From: the human T2T-CHM13v2.0 reference genome, Homo sapiens
NCBI RefSeq assembly: GCF_009914755.1
Contig: NC_060932.1
Length of the DNA: 64,000 bases
Direction: 5' to 3' (one strand)
Shown here: positions 1-21,455 of the stretch, in pieces
How the letters are laid out: every line of letters begins with the position of its first letter
Position numbering within the stretch: position 1 is the first letter of the stretch
The notes under the pieces: generated by a model
Told to the model about the DNA's origin: nothing
The model's input: the letters and a program-made list of their open reading frames with translations, nothing else
Database searches by the model: none
Translations under genes and position numbers: made by a program

Positions 1-271
1 AGTTAAAAACAAGAAATCTAACAACTGGCAAGTGATCAACTAAAATATGGTATAGTCAACTGAATAAATCATTCTGAAACCAATAAAAATAATAGTTATG
101 ATAGAAAAACAAACTATTTTCATTAAAAAAGGTAATATAAATTAAGTACACACACAGCATAGGTAAAATTATAGTAGGGGTAAAATTTATGCAAATTAAA
201 TTTGAATAGTAATGTATTACAATCCATTATACAGAAAAGGAACCTGCGAGTCTACACTAATGGATAACTAG

Positions 272-614
<343 letters not shown>

Positions 615-2353
615 AGAAGGTTCTTCTTCTAACAGAATGATGATTTTATAAGTATTGAAGCAGAGGAGTCAGAAAAATCACAATTTTGCAACTACTACTA
701 CAAAGATTGGTTTGAGCAAAAAATCAATGGATCCTAAATTGGGAGGGGAGGAAAAAGATTTGTTAAGGTGTAAGACAGTTTCAGGATCTTAAAAGTGTCT
801 CCCACAGAATGGCTATTAGCTACAAGAGGAAAAACAATACACTATACAGTGTGGCTTTGACTAGATTCTCAAAATTACTATCAATCACTCTGGATATGAT
901 ACCTTGAGAAGGACATAACATGCTTAAACAGTATTCCAACTGGGGATGTACAACCTGATCTAATCATGAGAAAAAAGCAGGTACACCTCAAATAAGGAAT
1001 ATGCTATTAAAAACAAAGGAGGGGCCAAGCGCGATGGCTCACGCCTATAAACCTAACACTTTGGGAGGCCAAGGCAGGTTGGATCGCTTGAGCCCAAGAG
1101 TCCAAGACCAGCCTTAGCAACATAGTGAGACTCTGTCTCAAATTAGTAAATAAATAACAAAGGAGGGCAGTGGCGGATGCTTGCAATTCCAGCTACTCAG
1201 GAGTCTGATGTGAAAGACTGCTTGAACCCAGGAGTTGGAGGTTAGCCTAGGCAACATAGCAAGACCCCTATTTCAACACAAAACAAAAAAAGTGGTGGGA
1301 AAGGGGGTGGATAGGGGAATAAACCTGCTTCAAGGATACAACTTAAAAATGTGGGAAATTCTGCCTTGAATATATTTCCTAGTTTACTTTTAAACCAAAA
1401 TCCAATTCCACTTTGCATTCATTACAATTGGTCATTTTCTGCATATTGTATAACATATCCAAGTTCTATTTTTTAAGCCCATTATGAATTTGATAAAAAT
1501 CTGATTTGCATGAAAGTATTTTAAAATACACATTAATGATGGTTACATGAATGTATATGTAAGATAAAATTGCTCAGAAGGATACATGCCCCCACACATA
1601 CACTAGCGCCAGTAAAAACTGATGAAATCTGAATAAGGTCTGTAGACTGTATCACTGTCAATTTCCTGGTTGAGATTCTGTATATGAGAGTTATGTGATA
1701 TTGCCATAGGAGGAAGCTGGATAAAGGGTACATGAGACCTTTCTGTACTTTTTTTTTGTGGTAATTTTCTGTGAGTCACTTATTATGTCAAAATAAAAAG
1801 TTAAACTCCACATATTCAGGAGGCATACATACTTTCTTCTATAGGAAATGACCTTGTTTCTTTTAGCCCTACTTGAGGCAGGGGACCAGGAATGAGGGGG
1901 AAGGGACAGGATATATACACACACACACATAAAATTTTAAAGCATGGCCCACAACAGTAATTTTTTTTATTGGGTTTGTGCAATTAATGTGAAAGACAAA
2001 ATTGCGTTTAATTTTCTTTCCTTCCAAATTTGACTTTCAGGAAATATATCAACAAAAAATTGACAGCCCCAAAATAAAATTTAAGGTGAGGGAATTCATA
2101 TTTGTTGGGCTAGGACCCTATGTACATTTCCTACACAGGTGATAATTGATAGTGAAAGATCACAGACCAAAAACAAAGAAAAAGTAAAATCATGAACCTA
2201 AGTAAACAGGTTGGTCTTCAAATGAGAAAGGAACATTTCTGCCTTGGGGGGAAAACAAAGGAGAAGGGATACCTGTATTCTTCAAAATGTCAATTTCATA
2301 AAAGATAAAGAAAAGCTTAAGAATGATTTCAAATTAGAAAACTAGCTATGTGA

Positions 2354-2661
<308 letters not shown>

Positions 2662-3312
2662 CTAGCTATGTGATCCTGAAGTGGATCTTTTCCTGAAGGT
2701 AGAAAAACAAAAGAACTATAAAAAAACATTATTGGGACAACTGACAAACCTGAACATAAACCATAAAATACTATACCAATGTTAAATTTCCTATATTTCT
2801 TATACTATGATTCCATAAAAAAATAAGATTGTAGTAAGGAAATACATGCAAGTATTTAAAGGGTAAAAGAGCATGATATATTCAACCTACTTTCAAATGG
2901 TTCCGAAAAAAATAATTTGTGTGTGTGCAAATAGAGAAAGAAAAAGAGAGAATATGATAAAACAAATATGGCAAATATTAAAAATTGATGATATGGATAA
3001 AGGATACGGCATTCTTTTAATCATCCTTGCAAGTTTTCTGTAAGTCAAAAAATTTCAAAAACCATTTCAAAAGGTATCCACAACCTTTCCTTTAAGAGAA
3101 AATTCTTCTTACTGAAAGAGTTTATCCAGTTGTGTCAAAAGTTAAGAAAGCCAAATTTGACTGGCCTAAAAGGCAAAAAAACCCTAAAGATCAAATTAAC
3201 TCCCCTCGCCTTTATTACGAGGCACTGCTTTCAGTATATCTAGATTCACTAAGAAAAAAATGTAACCATTAACTAACCATAAAATGTAACCATTAACTAT
3301 TTGAATAAATCA

Positions 3313-3498
<186 letters not shown>

Positions 3499-5269
3499 TT
3501 AAACAAATTAGTATTTCACCTACATTCTTTTCTTTCCCAGATTCCTGTTTCTATTTTAGAATTTCAAAACTTCAATTTTTGGATCCTTATAATAGCAAAT
3601 TATATTAAGATACATACATCTTCAGATCAAACACTAGACTCATTAATGTTCTTATCATCAAGATCTAGAAGCATAAAATTCACTACTGTAATAAGTCTGG
3701 TTAACTAGAAAAATGCAATCAATCTTTCCACAAGGGAGAAGTGAAGATAAACGAGGATAAAATATATAATGTTGTATATAAGTCAGGCTGAAGCAATCAT
3801 GACTAATACATGCATTTCTTTGTTTCTATACATTCTTCTACATGGATTACTTCATAGAGCACCAGCTGCAAATTATTATGAGGATATCCAAACAAAAACT
3901 ACCACCTATCCAGGTTTAAAAGGCTTTATTTTGCCAGGAACCAGCATATAATCAGAGACATTAAAATGCACTTCACAAAATACAGGTAAAATTTAACCTG
4001 TGATAATTACGTGCCTAGAATTATGCTTAGAGCATCCACATTCATCAATCTTTCTAACAACCCTTCAAAGTTGAGATCATCCCTATTTTTAAAGATGAAG
4101 AGATTGGAAGTACCAATAAATAACATGCCCAGCATCACACCATTACCAACCAGCAAAGCTGGGATTTTTTTTTTTTTTTTTTGAGACGGACTCTCACTCT
4201 GTCACCCAGGCTGGAGTGCAGTGGGGCACGATATTGGCTCACTGCAACCTCCACCTCCTGGTTCAAGCAATTCTCCTGCCTCAGCCTCCCGAGTAGCTGG
4301 GATTACAGGCACATGCCACCTCGCCCAGCTGATTTGTGTATTTTTAGTAGAGACGGACTGCACCACGTTGGCCAGGCTGGTCTCAAACTCTAGACCTCAG
4401 GTGATCCACACACCTCAGCCTCCAAAGTGCTGGGATTACAAGCATGAGCCACCGGCCCAGCCAAAAACTGGGATTTTAATCCAGGTTTGTTCACTGCCGA
4501 AGTCCATGGTCTTTGTAGCACATTAATGGTTTCAAATTGTGCTCAAAGAACACAAAAGCTATGACAGCCCAAATATGGATGATAAATAAAAAATGGTATA
4601 TTATTTAGTAAGTTCGGGTTGTTAACAGACAATATTTCAAACATATGGTCTATGGAAGAAAAAAATAACAAAAGGAATTCTTAGTGGTGAAAAAAAAGAG
4701 ACACCCTATTGTAAGCTTTACGGTAGAAAAATATACGGGTACTTGAGGTTTCCTTCTAAATTATTCAATCCTCTCAACAAACAGATTCAGGATCTAAGTT
4801 TTATTCAAGAATTTAGAATATGTGGTTGGCTAGAGTGTCCTATATCTCTTAGAAAGCTGAGCAAAACAGACAAGATTGAACAGCAGAAAGATAAAGGGAC
4901 TCCACAATTTTAAAGCCCCAAACAATTTGGGGTTAACAAGGCTAGTTTACTAGGAAAAAAACTCCACTTTTTGAATGTGTAGAGGAAATAACTTATTAGT
5001 GTGGTTCTGAAGCTTAGAACTGACACAAACGTGCAAAAAAATAAAATGGCACTTTACTAGGGGCTTGCAGGAGAGCAAAGGTGTAAGGAGATGATGAATT
5101 GTGTACTGCTGGGTGATTGCTTTTTAATTATCAGAGGATGTTTTGATTACTAAAAAGTCAATGATTATCCCGCTTAGCCTCAAACAAAACCTATACTGAG
5201 AATATAGTTATCTTGTAATAAACATGCTTATCTATGGAAGAGATTGTCAAGCCAAAATAATAAGAAATG

Positions 5270-6013
<744 letters not shown>

Positions 6014-6559
6014 CTATTTACTTGGATAAGCAAGTCTGAAGTTGACTCTATGAATTCCCTAGAGATTTTTCCTAAAATTGGTATGCTAAGACTTACAAGA
6101 TGTAATAGATAGGTTATACGAAAGTATTCTGTGCTCAAGTGACCTTAGGAATTGTGGGATTATAACTGTTTTCTTGACTGCAGGACTAATGAAAGCTTTC
6201 AGGACAAACTATACATCGTGAAACTCTAGCAGATAAAATATGTGCCTTTGCCTATGATTTCTATAGAACATCAGGTATACAGAAAGAAAGACATTACCTT
6301 GGAAAGGTGGAGAGTGCATTAAGCAGCCTTAGGGGTCAGCTGCACACTGATGGAAAAGCAGAAAGGAATGAGTACTGAGATCAAGAGACACTGTTAACAT
6401 CACAGGAAACAAGCAGATTTGGTGTGCTCCAGAAGAAAAGTCTCCTTTGTGATCACTCATGAGTTTTTGCCAAGATGATCTCAAGGTAGCCACTAAATCT
6501 TAAGGTAAAAAACATATAGCTACTGTACAGCTACTATAAAACACATATGTAAAACATAC

Positions 6560-8200
6560 ATTTAAAACACACATATATAAAAGAAACACACAGCTACTAT
6601 AAAACATTTTTGAAAGAAATTAAAGATGACCCAAACAAAATTTTTAAATCTCATGTCGATAGACCGGAAGACTTAAATGTTAAGACTGCAATACTAATCA
6701 AGTCGAACTACTGACTCAATGCAATGCCTATCAGAATCCCATCTGCCTTTAGTGTAGAAATTGACAAGCGTACCCTAAAGTCCATACAGAAATGCAAAGG
6801 ACCCAAAACAGCCAAAACAATCTTGAAAAAGAAGAACAAAGTTGGAGCACTCACAATTCCCTATAGTAACCAAGATAGCATAGTACTGGCAAAAGGATGG
6901 ACGCGCAGATCAATGGGATAAATTTAAGACTCCAGAAATAAATTCCTACATTTTTCATCAACTGATTTTAGATAAGGATATCAAGACAATTCATTGGAGA
7001 AAAGAATATTCTTTTTAACAAATGGTGCTGGAACAACTAGACATCCACATGTAAAAGAATAAACCTGAACCTCTTCCTTATACCACACATAAAAATTAAC
7101 TCAATATGAACAGGAGTAAAGCTTCATGACCTTGGATTAGGGAATGGTTTCTTGGATATGACACCTAAGGCGCAAGCAATCAAAGAAAAAATAGAATATA
7201 TCAAAATTTAAAACTTTTGTGCTTCAATGAACACCATCGAGAAAGCAAAAAGATAATTCACAGAAAAAGAGACAATATTTGCAAACTCTATGTCTGATAA
7301 GCGACTTGTATTTGGAATATATAAAGAACTATTACAACTCGATTAAAAAAAAAAAGACAATCCAATTTAAAAACGGGCAAAGGATCTGGATAGACATTTC
7401 TCCGAATAAGATATAAAAATAACCAACAAGCACATGAAAAGATATTCAACATCCTTAGACATTATGGAAATAAAAATTAAAGCTACAATGAAATACCACT
7501 ACACCCACTACAATAGCTATAATCAAAAACAAACAACAACAAGTGTTTGCAAGGATGCAGAGAAACTGGACCCCTCGTTTACTGCTACTAGGGATATAAA
7601 ATGGTATGGTGGCTGGAGAAAAGAGTCTGGCAGGTCCTCAAAATGTTAAACACACAGTTACCACATAAACCAGCAATACCATTCCCAGGTATCTACACAA
7701 GAACAACAAAAACATATGCTCACACAAACTTGTATATAAACACGCATAGCAGTGTGATACATAACAGCCAAAAAAGTCTAAACGCATCACCTGACAAATG
7801 GATAAACAACATGTGAAATATCCATGCAACTGAATATTATTCAGCCATAAAAAGGCCTGAAAATTCTGACATAAACTGCAACATGGATGAATCCTGAAAA
7901 CATTAAGCTAAGTGACAGAAGCCAGACATCAAAGGTCAGATACTGTATGATTCCATTTATATGAAAACTCCAGAACAGGCAAACCTATAGAGACAGAAAG
8001 ATTAGTGGTTGCCTAGGCTGGAAGGAGGAAGACCAGTTGGGGGGAACGGAGAATGACTTTTTGGGGTGATGAAAATGTTCTAAAGTTAATTGTGGTGATA
8101 GTACCAGAACATACTAAAAAACAATGAATCATACACTTTAAATGAATGAACTGTATGGTATGTGAATTATATCTCAATAATACTGTTTAAAAAAAAAAAA
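6560..8200 (+). mobile_element. Old L1 (L1M/L1MB-type) 3' fragment, antisense in TCEA1 intron 2
   Basis: Degenerate ORF2 peptides in the ORF track (6724, 7434, 7601); 3' end gtatgtgaattatatctcaataa + polyA. Confidence 0.88.
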
Positions 8201-8619
8201 GAAACAGCTACGTTTACTATCCTTTTAATAAGTTCCAAGACAGCAGGGACCTTGTCTTGTCTGCCACTATATTCAGCATGTGGAATAATATCTAGCACAT
8301 AGCAGACACTTAATCATGATTGAATAAATTAATCTACTATATATAAAAACTTACAAAACTAGCCGAATCTATTACTAGCCCAAATATTTGTCTTCCTGTT
8401 TACTTCCTCACCTTCAACCCATACCCACCTTCTACTCTCTCACTCTGCTCAGTTTCCTGCACTCCTAATTGTAAACTCCCAAGGACTCTTCAGATCTCAT
8501 TTGATTTAATCAGTCTGTTATATCCCAACTCTGTTTTCCCTTTTTCCTAGGGGATCTAACCCACCTCTATGCTATTACTTCCCAAATATTTCCTAAACCT
8601 GTCCTTTCTCTTATATTCT

Positions 8620-8797
8620 AGAGCTGTTTACATATATGGCTATTTAAAATTTGTTAAAATTAAATGAAATTTAGAATTCCGTTCCTTAGTCATATTTCAA
8701 GTGCTCAATAGCCTCATGTAGTTAAGCACTACCATATCAGTCAACACTCACATCAGAAACATTTCCATCACTGCAAAGTCATACTTGACAGCACTGC
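8620..8797. mobile_element. MER3-like hAT-Charlie element
   Basis: catatttcaagtgctcaatagcc...acatttccatcactgcaaag...gacagcactg. Confidence 0.7.
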
Positions 8798-9714
8798 TAG
8801 GGAGGACATACTCAACTACCTACCAGATACCTGCATATACTTGTTTCATAGGCATCTCAAAATCCAGTGTATCCAAATTATCCTTTATCTCTTCACCCCT
8901 CCATTTTTATTTTCTTCTCATCCCAAGCTCACCTTCATACTACCTTTCTTGAATATTCTTATATTGCTAAATGGCACCATCTACCCAGTTGCCATGGCAA
9001 AAATCTCAGTCATCCTAAATTCCTCCACTCCTTCACCTCCATCCAAACAACTACCAATCCTTATAGGCTGTCTTTCATTAACAAATTCCCCTTCTCTCCA
9101 TTTATATTGCTATTATCTTAGTTTAAGCCCTCATCACTCCTCACCTGAATAACTTCATTAGTCAACAGGTCTTTCAGGCTCCAGCTTCCCATTTCCTCCA
9201 ATGTGCAAATCTGGTCACATACTCCCCTGCCTAACACCTTTCAGTAGTAATGCTCTCAGCATCACATATGAAGCCCTGCGTGCCACACCACCTATGTCTT
9301 TAAAATCCTGTATGCAACTAGCTCTTCCCATGTCTTTAACCCCATATGCAACTAGCTCTCCTTTATTTTCACTTCTAAATGCCACACTGCTTCCACATAC
9401 TGTTTTCTCTGCTGAAATATCTTTCCCTGTCTATCTGCTGAGGGAGAACCTAGTCATCTTCTGAGATGTAGTTTCAGCTTTATCACCTACATAACAGCAT
9501 TCTGCACCTCCCAGATTATGTACTTAGATTGACAAGTAAACTTCTTCGTTCTTCTTCCTACCCTCCTTCTTTCCCCCAGATGAACACTGTATGGACTTTT
9601 CTTTGGGTACCTACATCTTTGTTTATATGTCAGTTTTCCTCTACTAGAATTTAAGTTCAATGAGGAGGGAAAGGCCTTATCTTATTCATCTTTATAAACC
9701 CAGCACAATTCTTA

Positions 9715-9963
<249 letters not shown>

Positions 9964-10235
9964 TCATAAATATTAACCCTATCCAACCTCCATACTCTCT
10001 CTAACTCTACACGTGCCTGTTAAATAAATAATGGGATTACTATGTTGTTTTCCCCACATAGGTCTGTCGGGATAAAGTTATGCCTTGGTAAGGAACTATC
10101 TCAAAGGAAAGTTTATTCTTAGAGTTGACTTGCAAGAGAAGTTGCTGATCATTAGACAGAAACCTGAACTCAGAAGGTAGGACTTCATGACTTACTTCCT
10201 TTCTCTTACTTTCTCTTTCTGGGGTCTAGAGATAG

Positions 10236-10469
<234 letters not shown>

Positions 10470-10547
10470 TGAGCTCAAGTGATCCACCCACCTCCAGCTT
10501 CCAAAGTGCTGGAATTACAGGCATGAGCCACCTGGTCGGCCTAGAGG

Positions 10548-11130
10548 AGGAGTTCTTAACCCTTTTTTTGCACCATGGATCCTTCTAGCAGTCTGGTGAA
10601 GCTTATGGAGCCCTTCTCAGAATCCGTTAAAAATGGATTAAATAAAATACATAGGATTATGAAGCAAACCAATTATATAATATAAAATTACAAAATATTT
10701 TTAAATGTAAGATAGTAATGTTCATGCTCCCCAATTTGTGTGTGTGTATTTTTTTCTTTTTTATCAAGACAGAGTCTTGCTATGTTGCCCAGGCTGGTCT
10801 TGAACTGCTGGGCTCAAGCAATCCTCTAGCCTCGATCTCCCAAGGTGTTGGGATTACAGGCACGAGCCACTGTGCCAAGCCCTTCCTTATTAAAACATTA
10901 AGACCTAGCATAAGGTAGAACAGCAACAATAATGAGCAATTTCAATACTTTTACAATGTAAGTAAACTGAAGTTAAAACATTTGTGAATTATTTTAGTTT
11001 TAGTCGTAAATACTGGTAATACAACTGTGGTTTAGTGTTTTCACAACTGAAAGAAATATTCAATTTCAGTTAGCCATTAATGAAAATAAACGTGACTTTT
11101 TTTCTCAATCATGTTCACACACCCCCACCA
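10548..11130. mobile_element. hAT-Charlie (MER119-like) element interrupted by an Alu monomer
   Basis: gcagtctggtgaagcttatggagcccttctcagaat...aaataaaatacataggatta. Confidence 0.55.
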
Positions 11131-11363
11131 CCTTTCCCTAAATTCTGAATTAATATAATAGAAATATCAAAGAAAGCACTTGTGGATAATAAAAAACATC
11201 AACCAGAAAATAACGATATTCATGTTATTGGCTATATTAAGTTTCCTTTTTAACACTTTGACTTTTATCAAAGTTTTATTTTTATATTTCATTCTTGATG
11301 GAACATTAAAATACACTCATGCCTGTAATCCCAGCACTTCAGGAGGCCAAGGATGGTGGATCA

Positions 11364-13365
<2,002 letters not shown>

Positions 13366-13828
13366 AGACTTCAGTAATGAATCTGTGTAATGTCTACTAG
13401 ACATCAACTGTGTACATGCTTGACTGGTGCTAAAAAAAAAAGAAAAAAAAAGGGAGAGGAGCGACACCTTGCCATCCTCACCCTGAAGCTAGCTTCATGC
13501 TGGCAGCAGCTATCAATAATAGATCAAGAAAGGGAAATCTTAGGAGACCAAATCAGGGCCAAGAATCCAACTTCCTCTCACAGTGAGATTTCACTGCTAC
13601 TGCCAACTTTAGAGATTCAGGTTTTATTCTCCTTAAGAAAGGCGACATTGCTCTATAATGGCAACTTAGTAGATTATTGATTTATATTGCCATCTTTAAA
13701 AAAAAATAGCAGTTAGTAATGGTTTACACCATTATCAAGAGACTACAAAAACATATTGGTACTGAAGATGTTTTGGTATTTTATGACGACTACCTATTAA
13801 AAAAACTTTGATGCATAAAAGCACATAC

Positions 13829-13891
13829 CTGCAGTAATTCCAGGGTCATAGGAATATTCTTAAGCTCCTTTAGCAAATCCAATGCTCCAGC
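13829..13891 (-). CDS. TCEA1: TCEA1 exon 2, AGALDLLKELKNIPMTLELLQ
   Basis: Acceptor ttttattttatag|GCT, donor CAG|gtatgt; 63 nt, phase 0-0; continues the TFIIS N-terminal domain. Confidence 0.98.
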
Positions 13892-16800
13892 CTATAAAAT
13901 AAAATAATTTCATATTGAATTCCCAAGATGGTAAAACAGGGACTAGCCAGAAATAAGGTTCATGGGAGAATCACAGAAAACAGCTAAAGAGGAATAAAAT
14001 CAGATAAGGAGCAACAGCACCACCTATAGCTTACAGCCAAATATTACAATTTGATATTAATTTAATTTAATCATTTCATCTAATTGAATATATTCACATT
14101 CTATTTCATTTAGTCTAATGTTTACTTAATGTACTATATCTGGATAAATCATTTCTTTGTATACCATCAATAAAGAAAAAACGATTAAGCTATGATACAG
14201 TGTTTTATTATAACTTTTTTTTTTTTTAAGACAGAGTCTCACTCTGTTGCCCAGGTTGGAGTGCAGTGGTGTGATCTCGGCTCACTGCAACCTTTGCCTC
14301 CCCTCCTGGGTTCAAGCGATTCTCCTGCCTCAGCCTCCTGAGTAGGTGAGATTACAGGCACACACCACCACGCTGGGCTAATTTTTGTATTTTTAGTAGA
14401 GATGGGGGCCAAGCTGGTCTCAAACTTCTGATCTCAGGTGATCTGCCTGCCTTGGCCTCCCAAAGTGCTGGGATTACAGGCGTGAGCCACCATGCCTGGC
14501 ATTATAACTTCTTTCTACTTTTGCTTATTGAAAGAATTATTTTAGAGTTGAAGTTTTTACCACGTCACCTTTTACATATGTAAAAACATATATATAAGTA
14601 AAACAAAATTGGCTGTTACTAAAAGTACTTCACATTCAGAACTTTTTGACTCAGATTCAACAGTATCTGTTTTTACCCCACAAAGAGCTGTTTAAGAACA
14701 CAAGTGACAAAGCATTTCATAGAAGAATCCACAAAAAAGCTAATGCCGTGAGCTCTAGGGCTGGCTTTGTAGTAGTGTGCACAGCTGCTTTTCACCTCCA
14801 ATGCTCTTCACAGTCATTTGGTTCCTCAGGATTCAAAGAGAAAGAAATCCTCTCTCAGATTTCCTTCCAAGCCAATGACACTCATTCCACAAGTTCTGAT
14901 GCTAGGTTTAGCATTCTGCCTGTGAAAGAACATTACAATGGCCATCTGGCCAATGATATGTGTACCTATCCTGCTTTCTAAAATGTTTAAGTATGAAAAC
15001 AGGCACCCTACAAATCAATGAAATACACGCTATCCCCCCAAAAAAACAGAAAGAACCACAGCACGTCCCTCATTCAACACGCCAAAGGAAAAAGCGAGCA
15101 AAGACTCTCATAGTATCACTTTATTTCTTAGATATAAAATCAAGTAAAGGCTTCTAGTCATGTAATTTTTCATTTAAAGGTGACAGACATTAGGCTTGGC
15201 CTTCCAGAATAAAACCATTAGCTTTTATTCTGGTAACAAAGAGTTACATCATTTCAATTCAACCCAATACCTCATAAATAAAAATTTAAGTTCAACAGAA
15301 ATTATGACACGTTATTATAAGTAATGTTTAATTATTTGCTGTTTAAAGATCTCTCCTAATCTTAAAATTCTATAAATTCTTCCTATTTAGTCATCTAGAA
15401 ACAGTAAAACATTAAAGTTGTTGGAAAAGAAATCTAACACTGACTTAAAACGTATTATTAAACAAGCATTTCTACAGGTATGACATTGTTGTGAGTAAAT
15501 GAAGTCTTCAATCCCTTATCTGCAAATTTCCAGACCAAAAACCTTTGAAAAGCAAAAGATTTCTAGATTTCTCATAGGTAAACTCATTTGGCAGCTAAAC
15601 CTAACCACAACACATGTAAAGCTATTTGTGCTCTATGCCACGTAATGTGACTATTACAACTGACTACAGAAATGTTAAGGCCGGGCGCAGTGGCTCACAC
15701 CTGTAATCCCAACACTTTGGGAGGCCGAGGTGGATGGATCACGAGGTCAGGAGTTCAAGACCACCCTAACCAAGATAGTGAAACCCTGTCTCTACTAAAA
15801 ATACAAAAATTAGCTGGGCGTGGTGGCGGGTGCCTGTAATCCCAGCTACTCAGGAGACTGAGGCAGAGAGCTGCTTGAACCCAGGAAGTGGAGGTTGCAG
15901 TGAGCCGAGATCGCGCCACTGCACTCCAGCCTGGGCGACAGAGCGAGACTCCGTCTCAAAAAAACAAAAAACAAAACAAAAAAAAGAAATGTTAATGTCT
16001 GGTTGCTGAAGTGCCCAAATCCTGCTGGGGGTATTATGTAATATATGATGTATATACCAAATTATCTTTATCAAATCTGAAAAATCTGGAATTACCAAAT
16101 ATATCAGACCCTAAGGGTTTTGATTAACAAACTCTAGAAGTCTGGACAACACAGCATGACCCCCTCTCTACAAAAAATAAAGATAAAAAATTAGCTGGCC
16201 ATAGTGCCTGTAGTCCTAGCTACTCCAGAAGCTGAGGCGGGAGGACTGCTCGAGCCCAGAAGCTTGAGATTACATGAACCATGATCGTGCCACGGCAGTC
16301 TAGCCTGTGTGGACAGAGTGAGACTCCATTTCTAAAATAAAAATTAAAAAACGACGACGACAAAAAAAAAAAAAAAAAAAAAGATTGTGGGCCTGTATTC
16401 TCCATTTACCATTGACATTTTTCTTCTATCCACATTTCCAGGATTTCTGATCCACTTCTGACCAAGAATCTCTTAATAAGGGTAAAGAATCACACTTCTA
16501 GAAGTTCCTTAAAAAGCAGGGTTTCCTAAGTATTAAGTTGATTCTTCCAACATATCAGCAATGAGACATACAGTTTAAATTGTTTTCCAAGTAGAGGCAA
16601 TATATTTGCATTAATTTTGTTACTTTCCTTTTCTACTCAGCTCTCTGGTGAGGCCATGGTTGGAATAAAAAGCTAAAAGTAACACTCACGGAATAAAACT
16701 ATGACCTTTCTGAAAACTGCACTGTGTTCCAACTAATTCAAATAAATATTTCACTGAAGGGTCTTTAAGAAATAACTATGGGCTGGGCACGGTGGCTTAT

Positions 16801-16968
16801 GCATGTGGCTCACACCTGTAATCCTAGCACTTTGGGAGACTGAGGTGGGAGGATCAACCTGAGCTCAGGAGTTCGAGACCAGCCTGGCCAACATGGTGAA
16901 ACTCCATCTCTACTAAAAATACAAAAATTAGCGGGGCGTGGTGGCGGGCACCTGTAATCCCACAGCTA

Positions 16969-17167
<199 letters not shown>

Positions 17168-18556
17168 TCATACATTAATTCGGTGACAACAAACTTTGAG
17201 TGCTGCTATGTGCTTGGCATTGTTAAATACTTCACATAGATTTAATTCCACCTTCACCATAAACCCTATAGAAGCAGGTATTATCTCCATTTTACAGATG
17301 AGGAAATATGTCAAGAAACTTGCACAAGGTTCTATGATTACTAACTAGAAAAGGTAAGATCTACTCCAGTAATGTCAAATGTACCAAGCTCTACTGTACT
17401 GGGGATACAGCAGTGAGCAAGACTGAAACCCTTTCTGACATCAGGGAATTTTAAAACAAACAGAAATCTTTAATCATCTATTTCAAACCCTTAACTACAC
17501 ACAAAAAAAAGAAACTTAAACCCAGAAAAGAAAAGTGACTTGCCCAAGGTCATACTGACGGGTAGTAAGGTCATGAACTAGTCGCCTGACCCTTATACTG
17601 CTGCCCTTTCCCCAGCAGTGCGCCAGTGGCAGCACTCCTTTGTGAATTCAGATGACTAGTATCACCAAACAAGAAGCTGTATTTTAGCCTTCCCCAAGCA
17701 TCACCTAGCTCTAAATGTCAAGCCTAGGCCAGGCACAATGGCTCAGCCTGTAATCCCAGCACTCTGGGAGGCCTAAGGCAGGAGGATCACTTGAGCCCAG
17801 GGGTTCGAGACCAGCCTGGATAACAGAATGAGATCCCACCTCTATTTAAAAAAAAAGAAAAGAAAAGAATACATGTCCAAGTCTATGAGATTGTAGCATC
17901 TCCTACAGATGATGCAAGAGAAAGAAAGACTCTTCTTTAATTTCCAGAGCCAAATTTAGTTCACACTACTGGCTGAAAGATAAACTACAGCTATCACACT
18001 ATTTTATTACATTGTTGGTGCTCCTATCTGGTAATAGAAAACAAGTGATTTTATAAACCATGATACTTGTACTATGTGCTCAGTATACTCAAGACCATGT
18101 AGGATACGAACATCCCTCTCCTCAAGGAGATGTAAAAAGGAGGGAGTAATAGGGATTTATAGTTAAGAATATGGTGTACATATATGACAGATTTAGATTC
18201 AAATCCATGCTCTGACATTTGCTAACTACAAGATCTGGGTAATGTTATTTGTCCTTTTCAAGCTTCAGCTTCTTTATACGTAGGTGAGCATAACACACCA
18301 ACCTTGAGTAGTTAAAACAGCCAAATGAGGCAACATTACACAGATAAAGTATCAAAATAGAGGGTCTGACACATAGCATGGTTGATGAGGAGTACAAAAA
18401 TATACAAATAATTACTTATTTCTACCATAACAATAATCTCCAGGGGCCATAAGCCAGCATTTTCAGTGATCATATTTAAGCTCAATCAAGTAAAACAGTT
18501 ACTTCTTCTATAATAATGTCTTCTTCATAGGCATTATTATAAGATTTCAAGGTTAA

Positions 18557-18803
<247 letters not shown>

Positions 18804-18979
18804 TGATCTGCCCACCTCAGCCTCCCAAAGTGCTGGGATTACAGGTGTGACCCACCATGCCTGGCCCATTATCTATTTTCTTAAACAATGAATTATAGAT
18901 ATTTGAGTTGTAGCTCAATAACATCACTATAAAGCTAGGACTTATGATATTACTATGTCATCTCAAATTTGCAGTTAAA

Positions 18980-21455
<2,476 letters not shown>

